Counted from the first letter of the whole stretch, positions 1 through 8,587 are shown. The stretch is 22,499 bases of DNA, filler included, from an uncultured archaeon (GCA_964442255.1; 6 parts of 6 records of this genome joined end to end with filler, not necessarily neighbours in it); one strand, 5' to 3'. Notes: generated by a model not told the origin, from the sequence alone. A program made the numbers and translations.

Positions 1-23
1 CATCATCACCAATGGGTAATATA

Positions 24-86
24 GGCAATGATGAGGTTAACACCTGCCGAGCGCAAGCGATGACGATTTAACCCATCCCTGAGCCC
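24..86 (+). ncRNA. Box C/D sRNA (archaeal 2'-O-methylation guide), compact type
   Basis: Box C ATGATGA 28-34, 12-nt guide 35-46, D' CCGA 47-50, GC-GCAA-GC mini-hairpin, C' CGATGA 58-63, 15-nt guide 64-78, D CTGA 79-82. GGC/GCC terminal stem and a T-tract at 89-100. Confidence 0.8.
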
Positions 87-123
87 GCTTTTTTCCTTTT
101 GCCGCAAGATTACGAAAAAAAAA

Positions 124-180
124 ATATGACATCCTTCCACGGCTAAAGCCGTGGGTTTCCCTGAATTCGTTGAGGATGTC
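124..180. repeat. Palindromic IS200/IS605-end-like element, family A, copy 1
   Basis: GACATCCT...AGGATGTC terminal inverted repeat enclosing the hairpin CCACGGC-TAAA-GCCGTGG. Near-identical copy at 4366-4421. Confidence 0.8.
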
Positions 181-196
181 TTTTTCCGTCAACGGA

Positions 197-248
197 AAGA
201 AATCCGCAAACCGCTGCCTAAAGGCAGCGGATTTCTTTGGGTTGTTAA
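197..248. repeat. Palindromic REP/IS605-end-like element, family B, copy 1
   Basis: AAGAAATCCGC...GCGGATTTCTT with inner CCGCTGCC-TAAA-GGCAGCGG. 50/52 identical to 22432-22483. Confidence 0.85.
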
Positions 249-528
249 TGATTTTGCACAACACTTTTTAATTGAACAAAAAAAAAGGGCCAAAACCGAA
301 ACGCCAGGGGGTTTTTGAATTGAGGGCACGCCAAAAAATCATGGAAAAAAGGAAAAAACAGGAAATAAGGAAAAAGAAAAAACAGGGGCAGGAAAGGACA
401 GGCAAGCGCCACACAGCAATCTCCAAAAACTGAAGCCAGACAACGAAAAAAAGCGGATTCTTTTTGCACGGGAAAAAAAAAACATAAAAATTTTTTCCCT
501 AAGCAGAATTTAAAAAAAAGCGATTGAA

Positions 529-2160
529 ATGGAAAAAAACACCGAAGAAAAACAGGAAAACGGAAACAAGGAAAAAATTGTGACAATCGAGGGAATCCTC
601 ACCGCACTGCACTTAAACCTCACCTTGCCGCTTCTTATCGCTTACGCTGTTTTATTGGGCGCGGAAACATTTCAGGTGGCCGCGCTGGTCACCGCGGGAG
701 CGGTTTCCTCAATGCTCGGCGGGCTTCCCTCCGCCTGGATAATTGAAAAAACAAATGCAATCAAAAAATCGTACCTTTTATCCTACTTCCTGGCGGGAAC
801 GGGATGGCTTTTCATTGCATTAATCCCTTTCCTGACCCAAAACTGGTTTCCTTTCCTCCTCGCAGCATACGCATGGACCGGCTTTATGGCTTCCTTTTCG
901 CTTATCGCGTGGACCACCTGGATGGGAAACACTTTCCCAAAAAAAAGGGGAACAATTTTTTCCCGGAGAAACTATTTGGTGGCAGTGTTTGCCTTAATTG
1001 CATTGCTTTTCTCAAACCTTTTCCTTGGAAGCTTTTCAGGGGAAAAAATCACCGGATTCCAGGTTCTCTTCGCCGGCTCGGTTTTCTTTTCATTTTTGGC
1101 TGCCGCGGCAATGGCAAGGCTGCCTGAAAAAAAGGTTCCTGTGCTTGTGGAAAAAAACCATTTTTTCCGAATAATAAGGTATGTTGCCGAAGAAAAAGGT
1201 TTCAAGCAATACGTTTTGTTCATGTTTGTCTTCAACCTCGGGTTATGGCTTACAGGCGCTTTCTTTGATGTTTACGCATTGAATGTCTTAAAGATTGGGG
1301 CGGAATGGATTCCGGCGTTCGCATTCGGTCTGGGGCTGGGGACAATCATCACAATGCGCGCATGGGGAACGCTTATTGACAGGCACGGAAGCAAAACCGT
1401 GCTCGTGATAAGCTCTTTTGGGGTGTCACTTACCCCCCTTTTCTGGGTTTTCATCCACGAACCAATGCACTTTTTTGCGGTAGCGGTTTTGTCCGGGCTT
1501 TTCCTGAACGGCTTCATGCTTTCATCCTTCAATTACCAGCTGGATTTGACTCCCGCAACAAAAAGGGCAAAATACCTGGCGCTTTTTTCATTTATGACGG
1601 GAATCCCCGTGGTAATCGCGCCTTTTTTGGCTTACGGAATCCTTCAGGTTTTTTCATTTTCCCCCCTTGGGCTGGGGCCCTTTCTCTGGCTTTTCCTTGT
1701 TTCCACGGGAACAAGGCTTTCCGCTGCTTTTGTTGCCGGAATGCTTAAGGAGCCAAGGCAGCACAGGATACGGGCAAAAGCGGTTTTCGGCGACCTTGTT
1801 TTTGAAACCGCCGGATACTGGCAGAGCACGGCATACAACCTGGTGCACATCCCGAACCTGAACGAAATAAAAAAAATTTTTCTTGCAAGAATAAAGAGAC
1901 GGCTTGAATCCGAAAAAAGGCTGACAAGCTTTGCGCTGAAAAAAATGCGTTTCCCGGGAAAGTCGCCCAAACTTTTTTACTACAAATATTTTACCCTGCT
2001 TTCCCTGTACAAAAGCCTCCTTAAGGCGGGAAAAAAAATGAGTTCGCAAAAAGAACAAAGGCTGGTTGAAAGCAAAAACTTTTTCAGGGCAATAAAATCG
2101 GCGCAAAGGAAGGCAAACCTGCTGAAAGAATTCAGGAAGGCAGCGGAAAAAAAGGCGTAA
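529..2160 (+). CDS. MFS transporter with a long basic C-terminal extension
   Basis: 543-aa ORF with about 12 hydrophobic segments and the MFS motif-A-like GTLIDRHGSK. The last ~130 aa are hydrophilic and Lys-rich. Confidence 0.85.
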   Translation: MEKNTEEKQENGNKEKIVTIEGILTALHLNLTLPLLIAYAVLLGAETFQVAALVTAGAVSSMLGGLPSAWIIEKTNAIKKSYLLSYFLAGTGWLFIALIPFLTQNWFPFLLAAYAWTGFMASFSLIAWTTWMGNTFPKKRGTIFSRRNYLVAVFALIALLFSNLFLGSFSGEKITGFQVLFAGSVFFSFLAAAAMARLPEKKVPVLVEKNHFFRIIRYVAEEKGFKQYVLFMFVFNLGLWLTGAFFDVYALNVLKIGAEWIPAFAFGLGLGTIITMRAWGTLIDRHGSKTVLVISSFGVSLTPLFWVFIHEPMHFFAVAVLSGLFLNGFMLSSFNYQLDLTPATKRAKYLALFSFMTGIPVVIAPFLAYGILQVFSFSPLGLGPFLWLFLVSTGTRLSAAFVAGMLKEPRQHRIRAKAVFGDLVFETAGYWQSTAYNLVHIPNLNEIKKIFLARIKRRLESEKRLTSFALKKMRFPGKSPKLFYYKYFTLLSLYKSLLKAGKKMSSQKEQRLVESKNFFRAIKSAQRKANLLKEFRKAAEKKA

Positions 2161-2205
2161 AACGCATGAAAAAGGCGCTTAATTTTTTTTTAGCTTTTCT
2201 TTCCT

Positions 2206-3353
2206 TTAAACAGGGGCTTCTTTCACAAAATAAAGCGCAACAAGCGCAACAACTGTAGCGGCAATCCCGAACAAAAAGGTGAGTTCCTGGCTTAAGCCCC
2301 ACAAATGGCCGGCAATTATTCCCCCAGGCAAAGCGGCAAGGCCCACCGAAAAATGGTATGCGCCCAAGGAAGTGCCTTTATAGTCTTCATCCGAAATGTT
2401 TGAAACAAAGGCGCGCTGCATGCTGTCAGTGACCGCATAAACCACCCCAAACATCACAAACAAAAGCAGAAAAAAGAAAAGCCCATGGAAGAAAATGAAC
2501 CCCAGGTTTGTGAAAATGTAGAGAATGTAAGCGAAAATGAGGAGCTTTTTCTGGCCAACCCTGTCGGAAAACCTGCCCGCAGGGTAGGCGGAAAGGCTTG
2601 ACGCAACCTGGTAAACAGTGTAAAGGGCAATAGGGGCTGCGATTGCAAGCGCCGCGGTGAAGGCGGACTGGCTCCTTAAAACAAAAAACATGTAACCGAA
2701 GTTTCCGAGCGCGAAAACCGCGGAAGAAAAGATAAGGATTTTCAGGGGAAAGGAAAGGCTTCCGATTCCTTTCCTGAAAGTGATTTTTTTTTGGTCTTTC
2801 CCTGTCTCCTTCACCCAAAGGAGGGGAACCACGGAAAAAAAGGCAATGATTCCAGCGAAAAGGAAAATCTGCTGGAAGCCGAGGCCAAGGAAATAAAACA
2901 AGATTAACGCGACAATTGACCCCAAAACAGCGCCCCCGAATCAAACGCCCTGTGAAACCCGAAGCCTGCGCCTTTTTCGCCTTTTTTTGCGGAATCCGAA
3001 ATCAGTGAATCAGCGGGCGCAGCCCTCAACCCTTTTCCAAGCCTTTCCCCTGAACGAAAAAACAGGACGGCGGGCCAGGAGGAAGCGAACGCAAACAACA
3101 GCTTGAATGCCGCGGAAAGCAGGTAGCCTCCGCCCACCAAAAGCCTTTTTGCGTTCACCCTGTCCGCAATGTGCCCTGAAGCAATTTTCATGAAGCTCAC
3201 AATCATTTCGCTTGCGCCATGCACCAACCCCACGGCAAGCCCTGTTCCCCCCAATGAAACAATGAAGAAAGGCAGGAGGGGAAGAATTATTTTGCTGGAC
3301 AGGTCGTTGATTAGGGAAACAAATGAAAGCATCCAGATGTTTCTTGAAGCCAT
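2206..3353 (-). pseudogene. MFS transporter split by a single-base frameshift (real or sequencing artefact)
   Basis: ORF 2904-3353 (SGHIADRV, ERLGKGLR, GFGFHRAFDS) and ORF 2206-2925 (GRFSDRVG) are the two halves of one MFS protein. One extra G in the G5 run at 2933-2937 restores ...FDSGGAVLGSIVA... Confidence 0.8.
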
Positions 3354-3379
3354 TGCTTAAAGCCTCTGCGGAGTTTTCT

Positions 3380-4126
3380 TTAAATTATTGCCATTCCCCC
3401 GTCAACCCCCAGCACCTGTCCCGTGATGTAATCGGCCTTGTCCGAAGCAAGGAAAATCACGGCACTGGCGATGTCCCTTGGCTCGCCGATCCTTCCCCAC
3501 GGGACAGAATCAACGATTTGCTTGAGGCTTTCGTCGTCCATTTCCCCTATTCCCGGCGTTTTAACCGGCCCGGGAGCAACCGCGTTAACGTTTATCCTGT
3601 GTTTTGCGAGCTCCACAGCCAAAGCGCGGGTGAACGCGTTCACCCCTCCCTTGGAAGCACAGTAATGCGCAAGGGAAGAGAATCCAAGTATGCCGGCAAC
3701 AGAGGAAATGTTCACAATTTTTCCCCCTTTCTTTTGGGCAATCATCTGCTTTGCGGCCTCATTTGAGCAAAGGAAAGTCCCCTTCAAATTTACGTCAATC
3801 ACTTTATCCCATTTTTCTTCAGTCATTTCCTCAAAGGAAACAAACGGGTAAATGCCTGCGTTGTTCACCAAAACATTCACCGAACCGAATTCCTTTGCCG
3901 CCGCGTCCACCAGTTTTTCCACGTCCTTTTTTATTGAAACATCGCATTCGGAGAAAATGGCTTTCCCCCCTGAAGCGATTATTTCCTGCAGCGTGGCTTC
4001 GCAGTCTTTTTCATTCAAGTCAGCCAAAACAACATTGGCTTTTGCGTCCGCAAACCGCAGCGCAATCTCTTTCCCAATTCCTTTCGCCGACCCAGTTACA
4101 AGGACGGTTTTTCCGGTGAAATCCAT
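3380..4126 (-). CDS. Short-chain dehydrogenase/reductase (FabG/glucose dehydrogenase-like)
   Basis: TGSAKGIG, NNAG, YCASK and VNAVAPG motifs. ATG at 4126 follows a GGGGG RBS-like sequence. Confidence 0.93.
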   Translation of the reverse strand: MDFTGKTVLVTGSAKGIGKEIALRFADAKANVVLADLNEKDCEATLQEIIASGGKAIFSECDVSIKKDVEKLVDAAAKEFGSVNVLVNNAGIYPFVSFEEMTEEKWDKVIDVNLKGTFLCSNEAAKQMIAQKKGGKIVNISSVAGILGFSSLAHYCASKGGVNAFTRALAVELAKHRINVNAVAPGPVKTPGIGEMDDESLKQIVDSVPWGRIGEPRDIASAVIFLASDKADYITGQVLGVDGGMAII

Positions 4127-4195
4127 TTTTATCGCCCCCAAAAGTTACCTGTTTTTTTAAAGGTTATGTAAGAAAGATTTTTAACCGCACCTGAT

Positions 4196-4365
4196 TTAAA
4201 TAATGTCTGCCTGCATTTTTTTTCCTTTTCCCGGGTTTTTCACCCCACGCCTGTTTTGGGGCCTTGAAAAGCTTGTCAAGTTTCCTTCAAATGCGACTAT
4301 TTCCCCGTCAGCCACAAAGTTTTTGCCCTGCTTTTTTGCTTCATCAAAGAGTTCAGGGTACCGGG
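4196..4365 (-). pseudogene. Fragment of an ATP-dependent DNA ligase (adenylation domain)
   Basis: Translates to SRYPELFDEAKKQGKNFVADGEIVAFEGNLTSFSRPQNRR..., matching the ligase RYPEL / DGEIVA (motif III) / SF..LQ.R pattern. No start codon, and there is an in-frame TAG inside the adjacent repeat. Confidence 0.7.
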
Positions 4366-4421
4366 ATATGACATCCTTCCACGGCTAAAGCAATGGGTTT
4401 CCCTGAATTCGTTGAGGATGT
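4366..4421. repeat. Palindromic IS200/IS605-end-like element, family A, copy 2 (at contig end)
   Basis: Matches 124-179 except CG>AA in the 3' arm of the inner hairpin. Confidence 0.8.
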
Positions 4422-4521
4422 NNNNNNNNNNNNNNNNNNNNNNNNNNNNNNNNNNNNNNNNNNNNTTAATTAATTAANNNNNNNNNNNNNNNNNNNNNNN
4501 NNNNNNNNNNNNNNNNNNNNN
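4422..4521. other. Artificial contig linker
   Basis: N44-TTAATTAATTAA-N44. The same linker occurs at 8588-8687, 12611-12710, 16613-16712 and 19557-19656. Confidence 0.99.
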
Positions 4522-4651
4522 GCGCCCTCAGTCCGCCCATCTGTCTTCATCGCCGTCTGCTCACGGCGGCAGAGCACCCTGTTTTCAACAGGACTGGCTC
4601 GCTTTCGCTCGCATTAAGCCGGCTCGGTGTCATCGTCAGTTCATCATCGGG
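4522..4651 (-). ncRNA. Extended box C/D sRNA, copy 1 (predicted 16S rRNA guide, including Cm1402)
   Basis: Minus strand: C ATGATGA (4647-4641), guide ACTGACGATGACA, D' CCGA (4627-4624), 71-nt structured insert, C' CGATGA (4552-4547), guide AGACAGATGGGCGGA, D CTGA (4531-4528). CCC/GGG terminal stem and a TATA-like TTTTTAA about 25 nt upstream. Confidence 0.78.
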
Positions 4652-4690
4652 TAAGGAAAATGTGCGCGGAAACGGTTAAAAAAGGGGTTT

Positions 4691-4870
4691 TCAGATGGAA
4701 AGCGAAACCCGTATGAACATCACTTCACTTGAAGCCAAAAGAAAAAGCAAAAACAGGCCCTGGGCTGAAAGCATGTTAGCCTTAAACGGATTAAACCCAA
4801 AAAAGGAAAGCACCAGCAAAGTCAAAACCATTGCAATGCCAACCGAAAAAATCTGCGAAACAATCTTCAC
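4691..4870 (-). CDS. Small hypothetical membrane protein (2 TM)
   Basis: Hydrophobic 59-aa ORF. GTG start follows a GGTGA RBS that overlaps the upstream stop. Confidence 0.6.
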   Translation of the reverse strand: MKIVSQIFSVGIAMVLTLLVLSFFGFNPFKANMLSAQGLFLLFLLASSEVMFIRVSLSI

Positions 4871-4874
4871 AAAA

Positions 4875-5240
4875 TCACCCTGCAATGAAAACATTGAATA
4901 CTACGAGAACGATGTAGACAAAACCCAATTCAACAAGCGGAAGCCTGCGGGAAAGCCTTGGATATGTTTCAGCGGAAATAAGGACACCAAACTCCAAAAT
5001 GAAATACAATGCAAGAAAGCCCCCGCCAAACAGCACCCAACCGGAAAAACCCGTGAACTCCTCCCAAACCAAAAGGCTAAATGGAACAACAATGAAAGCC
5101 AGCAAGGTTTTCTTTTTCTCAAATAAGATGTATGCAATCGCAAAGAAAATGAAAACCCACACAAGATTCAATGACACAAACTCCGCTAACCAAGAGAAAT
5201 CCAATTTCAGCAAATGCGAAACAATCTCAAGAAAAGCCAT
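4875..5240 (-). CDS. Hypothetical membrane protein
   Basis: 121-aa ORF with about 4 hydrophobic segments and an ATG start, with a TTTATATA box upstream. Confidence 0.75.
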   Translation of the reverse strand: MAFLEIVSHLLKLDFSWLAEFVSLNLVWVFIFFAIAYILFEKKKTLLAFIVVPFSLLVWEEFTGFSGWVLFGGGFLALYFILEFGVLISAETYPRLSRRLPLVELGFVYIVLVVFNVFIAG

Positions 5241-5358
5241 GTTATCTTATACATAAACGAATTTCCAATATATAAAACAAAAGAGCGGTTTTTCCGCTTT
5301 TAGATGGAAAAACTTAAATATAACCTTATAAAAGATAAATATTGGCAGTTGATTTTTC

Positions 5359-6396
5359 TTGAACGAAAAGGCCCCTTTGGATTCCAGGGATTTAACGATT
5401 CTCTATCATTTGTGCAGAAACTACCGCACAGGCTTTAAGGAATTGGCGAAGGTTACAAACCTTTCAAAGGATTCCGTGAAGTACAGGTTTGAACGAATGA
5501 AAAAACTGGGAATAATTAAGAACCAGCTTTTGTTGATTGACCCCTTGGAGCTTGGAATGGAAATGTTCCAGGTCTTTATACGGATCAAAAACCCTGACCC
5601 TGTAAAGGAAAAAAAACTTGAAAAGTTTTTGGAATCCAAGCCCGGGGTGCTGCAGCTCTTCAGGCTTACAGGCTCCTGGGATTACTTTGTATTGGTTTCC
5701 TCCAAGGATTCCGTTGCAATAGGCGGATTCTTTATGGAATTAAGGGAAAAATTCAGGGACCTGGTTGGGGAGACTTTTTTTCTTTTGGAATCCAAGGAAT
5801 ACAAGATAAGGGCGTTTCCTGACTTCTTTTTCTTTGAGGCAAAGAAAACCCCTTTAAGGCCAAAAAGGGATCTTTCTTTTTCCAAGGAGCTTGAGAAATA
5901 TTCGAGGCTGGAGTTTAAGCACGGCGGAAGGCTTTCACTGAATGAAGAAGAAATAAGGCTTTTAACCGCCTTAAACCAGGACTTAAGGGCAAGCGTTTCC
6001 GAGTTAGCCGTTAACATGGGGTTTTCCAAGGAAAAAACCAAGGCAATGATTTTATCGGTGATTAAAAAAAAGGCAATTAACGCCTTTTGGCCTGAACTGG
6101 ATTTTAAGCCCCTTGGATTAATGTCCCATTTTGCGTTAATCAAATTCAGTTTCATTGGAAAAGAAAAAGAAAAAGAGCTTGCCCGGCTCATAAAGCCAAT
6201 GCCTTTCATTGACCGTGCCGTGAGAACAATTGGGGACTTTGATTTGGCCTTGTACTACAAAACAAGAACTGTTGAAGAATTTTTTGACTCGCAGCGAAAA
6301 TTCAGGAAAATGCTTTCCCCTTTGATTGAAAAATATGTTTACTTTGAAGTGGTTAAGCAAGTCAAGTGGCAGACTGACCCGAAAATGCTGAAATAA
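5359..6396 (+). CDS. Tandem (two-module) Lrp/AsnC-family transcriptional regulator
   Basis: Two HTH+RAM repeats: LDSRDLTIL...ELAK...LTGSWDY and LNEEEIRLL...ELA...TIGDFDL. Confidence 0.88.
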   Translation: MNEKAPLDSRDLTILYHLCRNYRTGFKELAKVTNLSKDSVKYRFERMKKLGIIKNQLLLIDPLELGMEMFQVFIRIKNPDPVKEKKLEKFLESKPGVLQLFRLTGSWDYFVLVSSKDSVAIGGFFMELREKFRDLVGETFFLLESKEYKIRAFPDFFFFEAKKTPLRPKRDLSFSKELEKYSRLEFKHGGRLSLNEEEIRLLTALNQDLRASVSELAVNMGFSKEKTKAMILSVIKKKAINAFWPELDFKPLGLMSHFALIKFSFIGKEKEKELARLIKPMPFIDRAVRTIGDFDLALYYKTRTVEEFFDSQRKFRKMLSPLIEKYVYFEVVKQVKWQTDPKMLK

Positions 6397-6442
6397 GACT
6401 TTTAAGGTTTTACTCTCTCCTTTTCTGCAGGGCTGAGGCAAA

Positions 6443-7147
6443 ATGGACTCCGTAATCAGGCTTTCAAATGTTTTCAAGATTTACCCGATGGGGCAAACAG
6501 AGGTGAGGGCACTGGACGGCGTGAATTTGGAGATAAGGAAAGGCGGATTCATTTCCATTATGGGCCCAAGCGGAAGCGGAAAAACCACTCTCTTGGATGT
6601 CACAAGCGCATTGCTTCGCCCCACTAAAGGGGAGGTTTACATTAAGGGAAAGCCGATAAGCAAAATGGACGACAACCAGCTTGCAAGAATCCGCGGAAAA
6701 ACAATTGGCTTTGTTTTCCAGACATTTAATTTGATTTCAAGGATGACGGCAAAAGAAAACGTGATGCTTCCCTTGTGGTTTCAGGGCGTGAACAGGGCGG
6801 AAAGGGAGAAGACAGCTGAACACTATCTCCAGGAAGTCGGGTTGGGAAACAGGATTGGGCACAGGCCCGGGGAATTAAGCGGGGGCCAGAGGCAAAGGGT
6901 TGCAATCGCAAGGGCTTTGGCGGTTGAACCCGAGGCAATTTTTGCGGACGAACCCACGGGAAACCTTGATTCAGTTTCAGGGGACGTTGTATTGGACATT
7001 ATCTCGGATTTAAACAAAAAAATGGGGAAAACAATTGTGATGGTTACCCATGAAAAACATGTGGCGGAAAGGGCGAAAAGAATAATCCGCCTCAAGGACG
7101 GAAAGATTGTTAAAGATGAGCATAACAATAAAATCAGGAGGGCTTGA
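6443..7147 (+). CDS. ABC transporter ATP-binding protein (LolD/MacB/SalX-like)
   Basis: GPSGSGKT, IGFVFQTFNL, LSGGQRQRVAIARAL, ADEPTGNLD and VTH motifs. Confidence 0.96.
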   Translation: MDSVIRLSNVFKIYPMGQTEVRALDGVNLEIRKGGFISIMGPSGSGKTTLLDVTSALLRPTKGEVYIKGKPISKMDDNQLARIRGKTIGFVFQTFNLISRMTAKENVMLPLWFQGVNRAEREKTAEHYLQEVGLGNRIGHRPGELSGGQRQRVAIARALAVEPEAIFADEPTGNLDSVSGDVVLDIISDLNKKMGKTIVMVTHEKHVAERAKRIIRLKDGKIVKDEHNNKIRRA

Positions 7148-7148
7148 G

Positions 7149-8399
7149 ATGAAAAACAGGTTTTTGCTGCTTGCAGTTGCTTTATTTTCTTTAATTCTTA
7201 TGGGGGGAGCGGCTTTCGCGGGAAACCCTGAAATTGAGTCCGTAAACTATGACCCCAGTCCCGTGGAACCTGGACAGCCCTTCACTTTATGGGTCAGCGT
7301 GAAAAACGATTCCAGCCTTGACTCCACGAACATGGTTTTCGAGCTTGACTTAAGCGGAGGCGACCCCGCGAGAACAAACTTTCCTTTTTACCTGGGAAAA
7401 GACGATTCCCCGCGAAGGGAAGTAAAAACAGTCAAACCCTATAACACCCACTTATTCCAGTACAAGGTTTACGTTGACGGGGACGCGTTGGATGGAGAGT
7501 ACGCCATTGACTTCCGTTTCGGGGACTTCAACAAAATCCTAAGGTCACAGCCCTACACGATAACCGTTTTAAGCAGAAAACCCCAAATTGAATTGATTTC
7601 TTCTTTTCCCCTGCGCGCGCATCCGGGAGAAACAGTGGAAATGAATTTAACGCTGAAAAACACGGGAAGCAGCAACGCAATAAATGTTTTGGTTGGCTCG
7701 GAAGAAGACAGGACAGTGACTTCAACCGGCGTTGTCGTTGAAAGGCAGATTTACCCGTTGGGCAGCGGCTTTTCATATGTTTCAGGCCTTGCCCCCGGAA
7801 AGCAGGCAACCGCAAAACTAATGTTAAGCGTGAACTATGAGGCAAACATCCAGACTTACCTTGTTCCAATGACAGTGAAATGGCAGGACGAAAACAAGAC
7901 GGATTATTCCGTCACGCGTTACCTTGGGTTTAAGGTAACGGACGAACCGGCACTGGATTCAATTATAAGCGAAACTGAACCCTTGCCTTTCCCCGGAGGA
8001 AAGACAGAGGTAACGGTTGACCTGTTTAACAGAAGCCTTGCCGGAACCAGGAATGTCGTGGTTGAGGTCAGCTCTGAGGCTGCAACAAAAATTAATCCGC
8101 AAAAAATTTTTATTGGCTCGCTTGAATCGGATGACTTTGACTCCTTTAAAACCGACATCTGGCTGAAGCCGGGCACTCAGCCCGGAGAGCACCCCCTCAA
8201 TTTGAAAATCTCTTACAGGGGCTCTGACAATGAAGAGCTTGTTCTGGAAACTTCCCTGCCTTTGCAGGTTGTTTCCGCGGCGGAAGCCCAGGCCGCTGCA
8301 GGAGGCGACAGTTCAGGGCTGTTCCTTTTGCTGATAGTTGTTGTTGTGGTGGGCTTCTGGTGGTGGAGAAGAAGAAAAAAGAAAAAGGAAAAGCGCTAA
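7149..8399 (+). CDS. Secreted, membrane-anchored S-layer-domain (COG1361-like) protein
   Basis: Signal peptide MKNRFLLL...AFA, three Ig-like repeats (P.PG....L.+.N.G), a C-terminal TM helix and an RRRKKKK tail. Typical position after an archaeal ABC ATPase. Confidence 0.85.
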   Translation: MKNRFLLLAVALFSLILMGGAAFAGNPEIESVNYDPSPVEPGQPFTLWVSVKNDSSLDSTNMVFELDLSGGDPARTNFPFYLGKDDSPRREVKTVKPYNTHLFQYKVYVDGDALDGEYAIDFRFGDFNKILRSQPYTITVLSRKPQIELISSFPLRAHPGETVEMNLTLKNTGSSNAINVLVGSEEDRTVTSTGVVVERQIYPLGSGFSYVSGLAPGKQATAKLMLSVNYEANIQTYLVPMTVKWQDENKTDYSVTRYLGFKVTDEPALDSIISETEPLPFPGGKTEVTVDLFNRSLAGTRNVVVEVSSEAATKINPQKIFIGSLESDDFDSFKTDIWLKPGTQPGEHPLNLKISYRGSDNEELVLETSLPLQVVSAAEAQAAAGGDSSGLFLLLIVVVVVGFWWWRRRKKKKEKR

Positions 8400-8455
8400 T
8401 CCCTTTTTTCTCTCTTTCTTTTTTTTGGCCTTTTTTTTAACTGTGTATTATTTTA

Positions 8456-8587
8456 TTATCTCTCTTTTTCGCCGCCCGCAGCCCCTTCAATTTCTTTTGC
8501 TTGGTTTTCTAAACCAGCAATTTTTTCCGTTAATTCTTCGATTCTTTTCTCGGCTTTCGCGATGTTTTTGGTTTTGACCCTTCTTAG
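8456..8587 (-). CDS. 3' end of a gene truncated by the contig edge (coiled-coil-like)
   Basis: Open frame from the contig edge: LRRVKTKNIAKAEKRIEELTEKIAGLENQAKEIEGAAGGEKER*. Confidence 0.45.
   Translation of the reverse strand, partial: LRRVKTKNIAKAEKRIEELTEKIAGLENQAKEIEGAAGGEKER

Noticed and set aside
245..586. Phe-rich minus-strand ORF and short Lys-rich plus-strand ORF
   Set aside because: Products of A-run-rich low-complexity intergenic DNA, with no recognisable motifs.
4422..4521. Recurrent TTAATTAATTAA palindrome within N runs
   Set aside because: Artificial all-frame-stop contig linker, not biological.
4553..4623. sRNA insert as a hammerhead or twister ribozyme
   Set aside because: It contains UAAUGC and GAAA, but I could not build the CUGANGA/GAAA core or the twister pseudoknots. 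An Rfam search would settle this.
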